From assembly GCA_020048915.1 (NCBI GenBank), contig JAIFLU010000017.1, positions 484 to 64,483 of the forward strand: a stretch of DNA of 64,000 bases. Reading direction: 5' to 3'. A model generated the notes under the pieces. It was given only the letters and a program-made list of their open reading frames with translations, had not been told where the DNA came from and searched no databases. The DNA comes from Bacteroidota bacterium. Its GTDB lineage: Bacteria; Bacteroidota; Bacteroidia; Bacteroidales; JAAUTT01. The position numbers and the translations under genes were made by a program. Shown here in pieces: positions 46,329 to 57,361 of the stretch. Position 1 is the first letter of the stretch. Each line of letters starts with the position of its first letter.

Positions 46329-48734
46329 TTATATTTCTGCGATTACTTTAAAAATTCCGGTGGAAGTACCTTCAATTAAGGTAAGATTATTATTGTTCAT
46401 GCTGCTTTTAATCGTTTCTTCATTTTGGCCTTTCGGGTCGAGAATGATAACTGATTTTGATTTCCCAAAATTCTCGAAAGTCAACTGCCATGGAATGGTA
46501 CTCCTAAAAGTGTATTCCACTTTTGATCCGCTTTCGCTGATGTTTAATAGTTGCGCTGTTGAGGAAAACAACCGGAAACGCGGGTTATTCACGGACCTTA
46601 TCACCTGAATACTGTTCTGACCTGGTAGAAGTTTGTTATCAGGTACCTGAAGCGAATACCGCAATGTGTCGCCATTGAGAATAAAATAATCCACCGCATC
46701 GCCTTTGCCGGTCGCCTCTCCATTTAAGGAAGACAGCCGGTACCGGAAATTTGTGACACTGTCCACTTTATTACTTGCACGTATAGCAATTCCCTCAGGC
46801 AAACTGGTAATCATCTGCGCGCCCATGCTGAAGAAAAGACTTCCTGCTGAAAATGGTAATGCACGCCAGCTTTCAATTTGCCGGTTATATTCGGTTAACC
46901 CGCCCGGCATGGGGTACTTCACTGTGAGGGTCAGGGCATCTTTCATCTGTGCTGCCAGCATGCTTTCATATTCAACTGAAGACATGCCGTATTCTGTCAA
47001 TACTTTCGACAAGGTATTCCAGGGACAATAGCCATAACCCTGTTTGGTAATTTTTGGCCAGGTGTTATAAATAAACCGTGCTGTTTTTAACTGCAGATCG
47101 GGTACCGGAAAATACGGTCCAATGGCATTGGCCCATGATCCTTCCCATGGATTGTCGTCGTTGCTGAAGGAGAGGTTACCTTCGGTGCCATCGGTATAAT
47201 ACTCTATGCTGCTGAACAGGCAATCGTTGGCTTTGTCGTAGTATTTTGTTTTCAGGGATTGTTGAATATCGCTGGCAATGCTCAGGTAATGTTCTTTTCT
47301 TCCCTTATCAAGGTTTGGGTTTTGCGACAGAAGCTCCGAAACCATCATCATAATATTGTAAGTGTTCACCTGGTTGTATAAACTGGCATTCAGACTCATC
47401 TCCTTTCCCTGACTCTTGTGAAAGCTGTTGTTCTCGTAATTTCCGTTTACAACATCATATCCAAAGTAAGGATCGCTTTTTAGCGGAGTTTCACCTATGG
47501 TATTGCTTATGATCAGCTTTTTCTCACTGTTCCAGGTTTTTTCAAGATAGCGGTCGATAGCCTTCAGAAGCACTGAAAACTCCTGTCCCTGCAAAAGATC
47601 GTCCTGTCCGGTAGTTTTAAAGTAGCTGAATAGTGAAAGTGCAGAGTAAAAAACACCGTCGTCTTCGCTGCGGGTCCAACGGGAGCCTACAATTTGAAGA
47701 AATTCGGCAACCTGGGTGCTGTCGTCTTTTTGGATAATGGAAGGATTGTTCAGTAGAAATTTAGTCCAGATGCGAATGAGCTCCGGATTACCGGCACGTG
47801 CCATAAGTGAGGAAGTCATAGACCCATCGCGAACCCAAATCAGGTAATAAATACGGTTCAATGCTCCAAAACAAGCACCGCCCTCATCGATTCCCGAATA
47901 AACAATGCGATGGTTAATATCCAGCACTTTCTGGTACTCGCGATTGGAGAAATGCACCACACCCTGGTTCATTTTAGGTGCCAGCAGGGATTCATTCCGG
48001 GTGATAAGCTGCCCGATTGTTCTGTTTTTAAGGTTTTCCAGTGTTCGCTGCATCTGGTATTCATTCTCCTCACCGCCAAAGAAAACAGTTTCATTTTCGA
48101 AAATCTGAATCACATAAGTTCCATCGCTAAGCACCCTGAAGCGGTTTGTTGAAAAATTGCTAAAGGCAACAAAGGAGACAATGTTCTCACCACGGTCGGT
48201 AAACTGCTCCATGAGCAATCCGTTTCGCACTTCAAAACCCTTATGCGGTTTTATTGCAATCAGGAGAGGAGCTTTCGCGGCTATGGCAAATGCATTTTCG
48301 TTGGCTATGTTGAGAAAGGAAATTTCATTCTTTGCTTCCCACTGGTTTTTTACCGATATTTTTGTCAAGAAAGGATCGTAATCAAAACCAACGACATTGC
48401 TGGCATCAATCATGGGAAGCACCACTTCCTTAAACAAAATCGTGAAATTGTCGCGATTCGAAAAATTGCGGGCTTCAATTTCCTTCCGCCGAAAGGCATT
48501 GGGTTTATAAGTGAATTCGAGGTTAGAGTGTTTATCGTGAAGCAGCACGGTAAGCCGGTTTCCGCAACGGTTCTGAAGAATAATATTTCGTTTGCCCTCC
48601 TCCACCATGGGAGAAGCAAAAATGGACGGCATTGCACCGTTTATCTGAGTCTGTGTTAACACTTTATCGGGCAAAACCAAAATAAAAAGGAAGATGATGA
48701 ATCGGGACATAATATGCAGGTTTAACTTTTTCAT
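46329..48734 (-). CDS. Uncharacterised secreted six-hairpin glycosidase-like protein (GH15/GH63-like W-x-R-D motif)
   Basis: 801 aa with a signal peptide; YYLIWVRDG, RSEDDG, YFKTTG, LTEY, LPFSAG. Confidence 0.5.
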   Translation of the reverse strand: MKKLNLHIMSRFIIFLFILVLPDKVLTQTQINGAMPSIFASPMVEEGKRNIILQNRCGNRLTVLLHDKHSNLEFTYKPNAFRRKEIEARNFSNRDNFTILFKEVVLPMIDASNVVGFDYDPFLTKISVKNQWEAKNEISFLNIANENAFAIAAKAPLLIAIKPHKGFEVRNGLLMEQFTDRGENIVSFVAFSNFSTNRFRVLSDGTYVIQIFENETVFFGGEENEYQMQRTLENLKNRTIGQLITRNESLLAPKMNQGVVHFSNREYQKVLDINHRIVYSGIDEGGACFGALNRIYYLIWVRDGSMTSSLMARAGNPELIRIWTKFLLNNPSIIQKDDSTQVAEFLQIVGSRWTRSEDDGVFYSALSLFSYFKTTGQDDLLQGQEFSVLLKAIDRYLEKTWNSEKKLIISNTIGETPLKSDPYFGYDVVNGNYENNSFHKSQGKEMSLNASLYNQVNTYNIMMMVSELLSQNPNLDKGRKEHYLSIASDIQQSLKTKYYDKANDCLFSSIEYYTDGTEGNLSFSNDDNPWEGSWANAIGPYFPVPDLQLKTARFIYNTWPKITKQGYGYCPWNTLSKVLTEYGMSSVEYESMLAAQMKDALTLTVKYPMPGGLTEYNRQIESWRALPFSAGSLFFSMGAQMITSLPEGIAIRASNKVDSVTNFRYRLSSLNGEATGKGDAVDYFILNGDTLRYSLQVPDNKLLPGQNSIQVIRSVNNPRFRLFSSTAQLLNISESGSKVEYTFRSTIPWQLTFENFGKSKSVIILDPKGQNEETIKSSMNNNNLTLIEGTSTGIFKVIAEI

Positions 48735-48744
48735 TTTATGAAGT

Positions 48745-49044
48745 TTAAAGTTCTAAAGGTTGAAAAGCACCATACCAGGGTGATGGCTCATATTTCCACT
48801 TTCGACCGGATAATTTTACGGCTGGAATTTTCTCAGGTACAAAATCAAAGTTCAGTTCGTCGCGGTACTCACCCGGCATTGCCATTTCCGATGCTTTGAA
48901 TATACTTGCGAAAGGTGAATCTTTGGCTCCTGTATTACTGTCGTTTCCATCCAAACCAACAAAATATTCTTTACCAGAAATTGAAATGGATAACATAACT
49001 AAAATTCCAAATAATTCAAGTTTTCGTAAAATCCTTTTTTTCAT
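48745..49044 (-). pseudogene. Internally deleted right-handed beta-helix protein (N- and C-termini fused in frame)
   Basis: Signal peptide plus EYFVGLDGNDSNTGAKDSPFASIFKASEMAMPG (start motif of DUF1565/GH120/PL9-type helices), followed directly by EYRDELNFDFVP...*; only about 99 aa. Confidence 0.7.
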
Positions 49045-49069
49045 ATATCCTGTTTTCTCCATAAATAAT

Positions 49070-51574
49070 TCATTTGCTTTCAGTAGCCTGCAATAACCAG
49101 GTCGCTGATTTCAAACCTGTAGAACTTAACTCTACCTTTATCGGCCCGGCATTATTTGTTGCCTGAAGTATAACCAAAAGCCTTCCCTCGTAAGCTTTTC
49201 GTTTGTTTGACTTAAAAGCAGTTACATCCGATTGGTTTCCGTTATCCAGGCCAATCAGCTTTGCCGGTCCGGACACTTCGACCTTAATTTCCTGATTTGC
49301 ATCGGGAACTACAATTCCATTCTTATCCACAATGGACACGTCGAGGGTTACCACATCTTCGTTGTTTGCTTTCAGACTTTTTTTGCTTGCTTCTATTTTG
49401 ATTTCCGAAGCGTTTTCAGCCGTTCTGAGGGTGTGGTCGGTAACTTTTTTATTGTTTTTATAACCGATGGCCTTTACTTTCCCGGGTTTATAGGGAACTT
49501 CCCAACGGGCATAGTAAAGATTTTTATCTACTGGTTTTCTCCCGATTAAAGAATCGTTGATATACAGTTCTACTTCATCACAATTCGAATACATGTAAAC
49601 AGGCAATAAAAAATTACCAACCCATTTGTGGTTCCAATGCGAAACGGCTTTGCGCGGGTGCCACTCACTTTCGGGGGTAGCTGAGGTTTCGATGGCAATT
49701 TGCACAACCGGCTGGCTCGACCAGTAGCTTTTGCGAAGATAAAATTCAGGGTAGGGCACTCCGGCCATATCGATGAGTCCTGCATCCCAGCCACGTTTTG
49801 GCCATTTGCCAGCTTCTCCCAGGTAATCAAAAGCCACCCATACAAACTCGCCAATCACATTTTCGTTATCTCTTACTGCCAGCCAGTACCGTGGCCCATA
49901 AAATGTTTCTGTTCCTAATAAAAGCCGCTTTGGTTTTTTTACCATTTCAGGGGCATACATGGCTTCGCCATTGTAGCGGTCAACATAGTTATAACCGGCA
50001 ATATCTAAAGCGGAAAGGAAACCATTGGCATTCGCGTCTTCCACAAAATCGACGGCTGAAGTTACCAAACGCGTGGGGTCTTCGCTGTGACAAATATCCT
50101 GAAGTCTTTTGGCGATTGATACTCCATCGGGAGTGCGTTGGTTGGGTATCTCGTTACCAATGCTGTACATGATTACCGAAGGATGATTGCGGTCGCGGCG
50201 GATAATTGCACGCAAATCGGTTTCAGCCCATTGGTTAAAATACAAATGATAGCTGTATGGCATTTTTCCATAGGTATTTTCGGTGCTGCCCCAGGGATAG
50301 CCTTTGTTCCATTCGTCAAAGGCTTCGTCCATCACATAAAAACCCATGGAGTCGCACAAATCGTAAAATTCGGGCGCAAAAGGATGATGGCTTGGACGGA
50401 TGGCATTGCAGCCCATTTCCTTAAGCTTCTTTAACCTTTCGTGCCAAACTCCAATGGGTACGGCAACACCCAGCGAACCTGCATCCTGGTGTAAACAAAC
50501 GCCTTTCAGCTTTTCCTGATTTCCGTTTACCAACATTCCTCTTTCGGGCGTAAACTCAACTTTGCGAATTCCTATCGTGGTGGAATAGTCGTCCATTACT
50601 TTCCCATCGTATTCCAGAGTTGTTTTCACCGTGTAGAGTTCAGGGTTTCCGGCACTCCAAAGCTTTGGGTTTTTCACCGGAATTGTCTGTGAAAAAGTAT
50701 GTTCATGAAAATCACCAATATTTTCTTTTACAGTTCCCTGAGCAACCACTTTTCCTTTGGTATCGAGAATTGTACTGGTAATAATAGCTTCCCTTGTTAT
50801 GCGCTTATTGGCATGAAGATTTCGACGCCACCAAAAGAATTCTGATTCAGGAAAAGCATTGGCAACAACTTTGTATTGCACTCTCACCTCAGCATTTTCT
50901 TTGTTTACAGAAGGATAACTTACATAAACGCCTGAATAATTATCGAAGTGAACCTGGTTGGTTGTGATAAGCCAAACATTCCGGTATATACCCGAACCGG
51001 CGTACCAGCGCGAGGCAGGTTGCAGTGAATTGTCCACTCTTATTGCAATAATGTTTGGTTTACCAAACTGAATATGTTCTGTAAGATCGTATTGAAATGT
51101 TGAATATCCATAAGGGTATTGACCTAGAAAATAACCGTTGATATAAACCCGGGAATTCATGTAAACGCCATCGAACTGTATCACAATTCGTTTAGCGTTC
51201 AAGGAGTCGGGGAGTGTAAACGTTTTCCGGTACCAGGCTACACCACATGGTAAAAAAGCGCCATTTCCTTTTGCCGGATTGTCATCATCAAATTTACCTT
51301 CAACACTCCAGTCGTGAGGTAGGTTTAGCAATTGCCAATTACTGTCGTCGTAGGCTGATGATTCGAACCCAGCTTTATCTTCTAAAGTAAACTTCCAATC
51401 GAGGTTGAATTTGGTTTTTACCCGAACACTGGTTTCAGACTGAGCAAATAAAAGAGGCGGGAAAATCAAAGCCAAAAATAGGAGTTTAAAAAATTTTGAA
51501 TACTTCCCTGTTATAGCTTTAGTAAGGTTTCTAAAGAAATTCTGTTTGTTTAAAAATGTGTTTAGTTCTATCAT
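49070..51574 (-). CDS. GH2 beta-galactosidase-like protein
   Basis: LPHDWS, FDGVY, SRWYAGSGIYR, KGVCLHQD, NAIRPSH, RNHPSVIMYSIGNE, FVWVAFDYLGE, YSNCDEVEL. Confidence 0.92.
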   Translation of the reverse strand: MIELNTFLNKQNFFRNLTKAITGKYSKFFKLLFLALIFPPLLFAQSETSVRVKTKFNLDWKFTLEDKAGFESSAYDDSNWQLLNLPHDWSVEGKFDDDNPAKGNGAFLPCGVAWYRKTFTLPDSLNAKRIVIQFDGVYMNSRVYINGYFLGQYPYGYSTFQYDLTEHIQFGKPNIIAIRVDNSLQPASRWYAGSGIYRNVWLITTNQVHFDNYSGVYVSYPSVNKENAEVRVQYKVVANAFPESEFFWWRRNLHANKRITREAIITSTILDTKGKVVAQGTVKENIGDFHEHTFSQTIPVKNPKLWSAGNPELYTVKTTLEYDGKVMDDYSTTIGIRKVEFTPERGMLVNGNQEKLKGVCLHQDAGSLGVAVPIGVWHERLKKLKEMGCNAIRPSHHPFAPEFYDLCDSMGFYVMDEAFDEWNKGYPWGSTENTYGKMPYSYHLYFNQWAETDLRAIIRRDRNHPSVIMYSIGNEIPNQRTPDGVSIAKRLQDICHSEDPTRLVTSAVDFVEDANANGFLSALDIAGYNYVDRYNGEAMYAPEMVKKPKRLLLGTETFYGPRYWLAVRDNENVIGEFVWVAFDYLGEAGKWPKRGWDAGLIDMAGVPYPEFYLRKSYWSSQPVVQIAIETSATPESEWHPRKAVSHWNHKWVGNFLLPVYMYSNCDEVELYINDSLIGRKPVDKNLYYARWEVPYKPGKVKAIGYKNNKKVTDHTLRTAENASEIKIEASKKSLKANNEDVVTLDVSIVDKNGIVVPDANQEIKVEVSGPAKLIGLDNGNQSDVTAFKSNKRKAYEGRLLVILQATNNAGPIKVELSSTGLKSATWLLQATESK

Positions 51575-51624
51575 TAATGTTATTTCGTATGATTTGTATT
51601 CAATTGTGCTATTAGTATTGAATT

Positions 51625-53277
51625 TTAAGGTTTTATTTCTTTATAATCAAACCAATCATAAAGAGCGAAGCTATCTGAAACTTTTTGTGACTCTGCATAT
51701 AATCCGATGAATGTACCCATGTACCCTCCTGATTTTTCTACAGAGAATAGACTACCATCAAAATCCATAACGGCTTCTTTCCAGTCACACTGGTTCTCTT
51801 TGTAGAAAAAAGAGAATTGAGATTCTTTCTGGATAATTTTTAATGATAAGGCTTCTTTGGAAAGGACTTTTGCATTGAATAGTTCCGTTTCAACTGAGTC
51901 AGTTCTATTTATCACCTTTAACTCCGATTTGCTGTTTAATACAAATTTTAACAATGCTTTTTCTGATTTATAAATCAGCAATCCGGCCATTTCGCCGGTA
52001 TATTTTGTATTAAATAAAACGGATGTTGAAATTTCCGCATCACGATATTTTAACCGTTGTCCAATAAAAGCAGGCTCGGGAGGAGCATTGGATATAGCAT
52101 TTAAAGGTTTTATTTTTAGGAATCCTGGTTTTTCTGTTAATGAATAAAAATTCGATTTTGGAGTTCTGATAAAAGTCCAGATGTGAGCCAATTGGGTGGA
52201 ATTAAATTCGTCTCTGCTGGAAATAGGAGGAACGGAGTGAACAGGCAAATTAGGGAAATTTTCGTTAACAGGTACCTGTCCGTATCCGGGACTAATAATA
52301 GGCCATTGATCCTTATCCCATTGCACCGGCACCAGAAAAGTCTCGCGCCCAAGAATACTGTTTTTTCGATTCAGCGGACGCGATCCCAGGCAAACCATCC
52401 ACCATTCACCGGTTTGGGTTTGTACCAAATCGGCATGGCCAATGTTTATAAAAGGAGTGGTGTAACCCATTGACCTGTGAGAGAGAATAGGGTTTCCTTC
52501 ATAATTCTCATATGGACCCGTAATATTTTTACTTCGCGATATGGTTATTGCATGAAAAAGCCCGGTACCTCCTTCTGCAATAAGCAAATAATAATATCCA
52601 TCCTTTTTAAACATTTTAGGGCCTTCCGGGTATTTGGAATCTATCATAGCCCCTCGTCCAATATAGGATGGAGAACCGATAAGCTTCAGTGAAGTTAAAT
52701 CAATTTCCTGCAGCATAACAGATGCCGCACCCGGATGGCTAAAGCCTACGGGAGGGTGGTTCATCAGCCAGTAGCATTTGCCATCATCATCAAAAAACAA
52801 AGAAGGGTCAATTCCCCAAATGGTGTCGGTAATAACATAAGGTGATGACCAAGGGCCTGAGGGATTATCGGCTGTAAGTATAACATTTTTAAATCCTACC
52901 TTCATTCGCCAGTCCACCCAGGTGAGAGGCAAATAAAACGTTCCTTTATTGTAGCGGATGGTTCCTGCCCAGGCTCCTGCCGAAGAAGCAAGGCCGTCAA
53001 AATTAAACTGTTCCGGCCGATGTATCCCAAAGCCGGCATGTGACCAATTAACAAGATCTTTGCTATGCCAAATGGGTACACCGGGAAAGTATTCGAAACT
53101 GGAATTGGATAAATAATAATCTTCACCCACCCTGCAAATGCTTGGATCGGGATAAGCTCCCGAAATAATTGGGTTTGTATATGTTGATGTTTGTGAATAT
53201 ATTCTGCTCCAATTCGTAAATGACAGAATTAATAAAAACAATATTGAAAGTCTATAATTTATCTCCTTCATAATCAT
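51625..53277 (-). CDS. GH43 beta-xylosidase/alpha-L-arabinofuranosidase with a C-terminal beta-sandwich
   Basis: NPIISGAYPDPSICR, SSFEYFPG, GIDPSLF, PEGP, AEGGT, GHADL, LGRETFL. Confidence 0.92.
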   Translation of the reverse strand: MIMKEINYRLSILFLLILSFTNWSRIYSQTSTYTNPIISGAYPDPSICRVGEDYYLSNSSFEYFPGVPIWHSKDLVNWSHAGFGIHRPEQFNFDGLASSAGAWAGTIRYNKGTFYLPLTWVDWRMKVGFKNVILTADNPSGPWSSPYVITDTIWGIDPSLFFDDDGKCYWLMNHPPVGFSHPGAASVMLQEIDLTSLKLIGSPSYIGRGAMIDSKYPEGPKMFKKDGYYYLLIAEGGTGLFHAITISRSKNITGPYENYEGNPILSHRSMGYTTPFINIGHADLVQTQTGEWWMVCLGSRPLNRKNSILGRETFLVPVQWDKDQWPIISPGYGQVPVNENFPNLPVHSVPPISSRDEFNSTQLAHIWTFIRTPKSNFYSLTEKPGFLKIKPLNAISNAPPEPAFIGQRLKYRDAEISTSVLFNTKYTGEMAGLLIYKSEKALLKFVLNSKSELKVINRTDSVETELFNAKVLSKEALSLKIIQKESQFSFFYKENQCDWKEAVMDFDGSLFSVEKSGGYMGTFIGLYAESQKVSDSFALYDWFDYKEIKP

Positions 53278-54704
53278 TTGTTTGAAATATTCGTAAGCTT
53301 TATCATCAAGGCATGATTAAAATTAATTTTCTGCGGAAGCACTATTTCAAGACCGTCATTTGTTGGTTTGAAAGAAAGTTGTTCTGTTTTGACACCATAA
53401 AGAAAAACTTTGGATAATTGACTTGTTTTGCACGAAGGAATGATAACCGTCTTACTTTTAGGTGCTTTAAGCAGAAACACATACAAATCTTCGTTCTTTT
53501 GGGTAAACCTGATTTGGGTACCATCTTTCAATTTTTCTGATGGAATTACATAAGGATGTGTGCCATAAATTCCTTCACCATTAATTTCCAACCAATTACC
53601 CAGATCGTTCAGCCGCAGCAATTGATTTTCAGGAATGGTTCCATCCGCTTTTGGCCCGACGTTTAAGAGTAAATTTCCATTCTTACTTACAATATCAATG
53701 AGCAAATGAATCAGTTCTTCTGACGATAAAAGTTGCGCATCACCTTCCACCTGGTTATATCCGAACGAAAATCCCATTCCCCGGCAAGTTTCCCATTTCT
53801 TTGACACAATGGAGTCCATCACCTGGTATTCAGGAGTTGTAAAGTTTGTTAGTTCGGGATGCTGCTGCCAGCGGTTGTTTACAACAGCATTGGGATTGAC
53901 ATTGAACAATTCAGCAAAAATGCCAAGTATGTCGCCATTTTTTGGATAATCCACATCGTTCCACAATATGTCGGGTTTATAACGATGAATCAGTTCGTGT
54001 ACCTGACAATCGGCATACACGGTATAGGCTACTGATTTTGGCATACTTTCAAAAAGGTCGGGCCAAAGGTTGGTAATTGGGCTGTAATTGAATGTCCAGT
54101 CTAACCCGCCCGAATAATACACACCGAATTTCATTTGCTTTTGGCGAACAGCTCGGCTTAACTCGCCAACAAAATCGCGTGTACTGTTTATTTTTCCTTT
54201 CTCCATGAAAGGATTGATTATCTGGGAGGGATACATCGTAAAACCATCGTGGTGTTTGGTGGTAAAAACCACATACCGGGCACCGCTTTTGCTAAATATT
54301 TGGGCCCATCCATCAGCATTCCAGTTTTTGGTTTGCAGCAGGAGCGAATCCCTGAAACTGTAATAATCAAAGTCCTTTCCATATTTCTTTTCATGATACT
54401 CACGTGTTGGCGAACCCTCGATGCGCAACGAGTTCAAATACCATTCGGCATAAGGGTTGCTTTTATAAAAGGCTTTCCAATCTTTCACCTTATCAGGCGT
54501 AGTTGTCGGAGTGGCCCATGCCGGAACGGAATACAGTCCCCAATGAATAAATATCCCAAGTTTGGCATCATTATACCATTGCGGAGCTTTTCTTTTCTGC
54601 AACGATTCTACGGTTGAAATGTAAACATATTCTGACGGTTTCTGTGCAAAAGTGAATTTTACTCCTGCAAACAGAAAAAGTATAAGTAATAACTTAATTT
54701 TCAT
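53274..54704 (-). CDS. GH29 alpha-L-fucosidase
   Basis: IHWGLYSVP, TTKHHDGF, YYSGGLDW, LWND, KWETCRG, NLLLNVGP. The ATG at 54704 is preferred over 54725. Confidence 0.93.
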   Translation of the reverse strand: MKIKLLLILFLFAGVKFTFAQKPSEYVYISTVESLQKRKAPQWYNDAKLGIFIHWGLYSVPAWATPTTTPDKVKDWKAFYKSNPYAEWYLNSLRIEGSPTREYHEKKYGKDFDYYSFRDSLLLQTKNWNADGWAQIFSKSGARYVVFTTKHHDGFTMYPSQIINPFMEKGKINSTRDFVGELSRAVRQKQMKFGVYYSGGLDWTFNYSPITNLWPDLFESMPKSVAYTVYADCQVHELIHRYKPDILWNDVDYPKNGDILGIFAELFNVNPNAVVNNRWQQHPELTNFTTPEYQVMDSIVSKKWETCRGMGFSFGYNQVEGDAQLLSSEELIHLLIDIVSKNGNLLLNVGPKADGTIPENQLLRLNDLGNWLEINGEGIYGTHPYVIPSEKLKDGTQIRFTQKNEDLYVFLLKAPKSKTVIIPSCKTSQLSKVFLYGVKTEQLSFKPTNDGLEIVLPQKINFNHALMIKLTNISNK

Positions 54705-54714
54705 GTTCTTCGAT

Positions 54715-57321
54715 TTAATTCTCAACTACTTCAAACACTTTATTTAACCTGATATCTTCAGATGAACTTCCAATTTGTATTTCGAATTTGCCGGGCTCAA
54801 CTACCCACTTCATATTCTTGTTAAGAATGGAAAGATCTTCGGGAGAAATGGTGAATCGAATAGTTTTCGTTTGTCCCGGATTTAGTTTTACCCTTTCAAA
54901 ATCACGCAACATCTTTCGCAGCGGTGTCACACTCCCTACTAAGTCAACTACATATAATTGCGGTACTTCATCGCCGGGAACTGTTCCGGTGTTTTTCAGC
55001 TCGAACTCTATTTCAAAACTATCCTGAGAGTTTATTTTTTGTTTGGATATCATCAGGTTCGAAAACTGAAAGGTTGTATAACTTAAGCCATAACCAAATG
55101 GAAACTGCGGCTCGTTCCCAAACTCCAGAAAGCTAGTGCCTGTTCCGGGGCGCATGAAATAATAGGCAGGAACCTGCCCGACAGTTTTAGGAAATGTTAT
55201 GGGTAACTTTCCACCAGGATTGTAATCACCAAAAAGCACCTCGGCTACTGCTGTGCCACCTTCCTCGCCCGAATACCATGATTCGAGAATTGCGGGTGCT
55301 TCATCAATCCAATTGTTCATGGTAATAACATTTCCTGTTGCCAGCACCACCACAAATGGTTTACCTGTTTGAGCCACCCTATGAATGAGCTCTTCCTGAT
55401 TTTTCGAAAGGTTCAGATCTGCACGGTCCTTTCCTTCTCCATCAAGTGCACCGCAAACAATTACACAAGCGTCAGAGCTGTCAACCACTGCAACAGCTTC
55501 CTGAATTCCAAGGTCGTTAATTGCATCCCAACCAAGTTTACAAACAGCATCATGCGTGGAATCAAAATATTCAAGAGTAATGCGTACTTCTTTTCCTTGC
55601 TGAAAGTAATATGATACCGTTGAAGAACGCTTTGCTCCTTTCGACCAGTTATCAAGAACCAATTCTGAATTTAGAAAGAGACGGGCGCCATCGTCGCAGG
55701 TAATACCAATATTGAAAGTACCAGACTTTGGCGCAACAAGAAAACCTGTCCATCGTACCGAAAAATTATCTTGATTGATAAATGGGTGTGCTACACCTTC
55801 GCCCCAATCAAAATCTATTGATTCGTCAACCCTATTAAGAGCAGGAGAGCCTTCCATAAGATTATTGTTAAAATATTCGGCTTTTAATCCTGCTAGCTTT
55901 GTCCCATTCGAGTTGTGGTGAAGGTATTCCTTTGAAATTTTTGGTAAGAAATCCCGGTTTAATTCAACACCTTTAGCATAGTTTATTTTTGCAGAGTTAC
56001 CTATTTTGTTGCGAATACCTTCCAGAATATTTACTTTTTTCATTCCCCAAGGCGCATAATTTCCAAGCAATTGTTCATTTGCCAGCGGGCCAATAACTGC
56101 AACCGATTTTATATTTTTAGGGAAAGGTAAAATTTTATTGTTTTTAAGCAGTACGATAGCTTCTTTTGCTGCTTCAAGAGCCAAAGCCCTGTGATTTGCA
56201 TGATCACAAATAGTATCAGCTGCTTCGGGGTTGGCAAACGGATTTTCAAATAAACCAATCCGTATTTTGGCTGACAGTGCGTTGCGAACAGCATTATCGA
56301 GGATAGCCATACTTAGTTTTCCTGAATTTACAGCTTCTATCAGGGAACTGCCAAAAATTACAGTTTCGGGCATTTCCACATCCATTCCGTTTGTAAGCGC
56401 AATAACTGCAGCATCTACTTTGCTTTCGGCAAGGTTGTGCAGGTTCCAGATTTGTGCCACGGCACCGTAATCGGAACCAACGAAGCCTTTAAATCCCCAT
56501 TCCTTGCGCAATACATCGTGCAGAAGCCATTTATTGGAAGAACACGGAATTCCATCGATGGTATTGTAAGCAGGCATAATAGAGCCACATCCGGCATCAA
56601 CAGCCATTTTGAAGGGTGGAAATTCAACTTCGCGTAAAAACCGCTCGCTGTACATAATTGCACCTCCAAACATGCCATTGTGTCCAATATTTGCAACAAA
56701 ATGCTTTGGTGTGGTAATAATCCCGATTTCGAGCATCGGCTTAATATACGAAACGCCCATTAAGCCAACCAGATATGGATCTTCTCCATAGGTTTCGTGA
56801 GTCCGTCCCCAACGCGGATCGTAAGCCACATTAACGGTAGGGCTTAAAACCTGTCGGTGTCCCCACGAATAGGTTTCCTTTGCTATTGCCTCGGCAATTT
56901 TGGTATGAAGCGGAATATTAAATGTTGCTGCTTGCCCCAGCGGCTGGGGAAAACAAGTGGTGCCGGTAGCCATCAACCCAAATACAGCTTCCCCATGATA
57001 AAGTACCGGAATACCTAATCGGGTATTTTCAATAAATGCTTTTTGAAGTGCATTAAATTTGGTGGCAGCTTCTCTGGGTTCTAACGCCAGAAAAACTTCA
57101 GTGAGACAACCCATCCCAGTAGCGGGTACTTTCGATGCATCGGTAATTGAAAGGCTTGTTTGCAATTGGGCTACTTTTTCTTCTAAAGTCATTTTGGACA
57201 TTAGATCGGCAACTCTTTTTTCAACAGATAAACCAGGGTTTTTATAATCAGCTTTTTGAGCAAATATGCTAAAAGTACAGAGAAAGAGTAAGTAGAATAA
57301 ACCTAATAGTTTGAATTTCAT
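54715..57321 (-). CDS. GH3 beta-glycosidase with a PA14 insert and a Fn3-like domain
   Basis: RLGIP, DPRWGRTHETYGEDP, KHF, GSDY (nucleophile), GLKAEYFNN...FSVRWTG...DDG (PA14), FPFGYGLSYT. Confidence 0.93.
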   Translation of the reverse strand: MKFKLLGLFYLLFLCTFSIFAQKADYKNPGLSVEKRVADLMSKMTLEEKVAQLQTSLSITDASKVPATGMGCLTEVFLALEPREAATKFNALQKAFIENTRLGIPVLYHGEAVFGLMATGTTCFPQPLGQAATFNIPLHTKIAEAIAKETYSWGHRQVLSPTVNVAYDPRWGRTHETYGEDPYLVGLMGVSYIKPMLEIGIITTPKHFVANIGHNGMFGGAIMYSERFLREVEFPPFKMAVDAGCGSIMPAYNTIDGIPCSSNKWLLHDVLRKEWGFKGFVGSDYGAVAQIWNLHNLAESKVDAAVIALTNGMDVEMPETVIFGSSLIEAVNSGKLSMAILDNAVRNALSAKIRIGLFENPFANPEAADTICDHANHRALALEAAKEAIVLLKNNKILPFPKNIKSVAVIGPLANEQLLGNYAPWGMKKVNILEGIRNKIGNSAKINYAKGVELNRDFLPKISKEYLHHNSNGTKLAGLKAEYFNNNLMEGSPALNRVDESIDFDWGEGVAHPFINQDNFSVRWTGFLVAPKSGTFNIGITCDDGARLFLNSELVLDNWSKGAKRSSTVSYYFQQGKEVRITLEYFDSTHDAVCKLGWDAINDLGIQEAVAVVDSSDACVIVCGALDGEGKDRADLNLSKNQEELIHRVAQTGKPFVVVLATGNVITMNNWIDEAPAILESWYSGEEGGTAVAEVLFGDYNPGGKLPITFPKTVGQVPAYYFMRPGTGTSFLEFGNEPQFPFGYGLSYTTFQFSNLMISKQKINSQDSFEIEFELKNTGTVPGDEVPQLYVVDLVGSVTPLRKMLRDFERVKLNPGQTKTIRFTISPEDLSILNKNMKWVVEPGKFEIQIGSSSEDIRLNKVFEVVEN

Positions 57322-57361
57322 ATAGATATTGATTTAGTAATTAGTTGTTTTTGAATTATCA

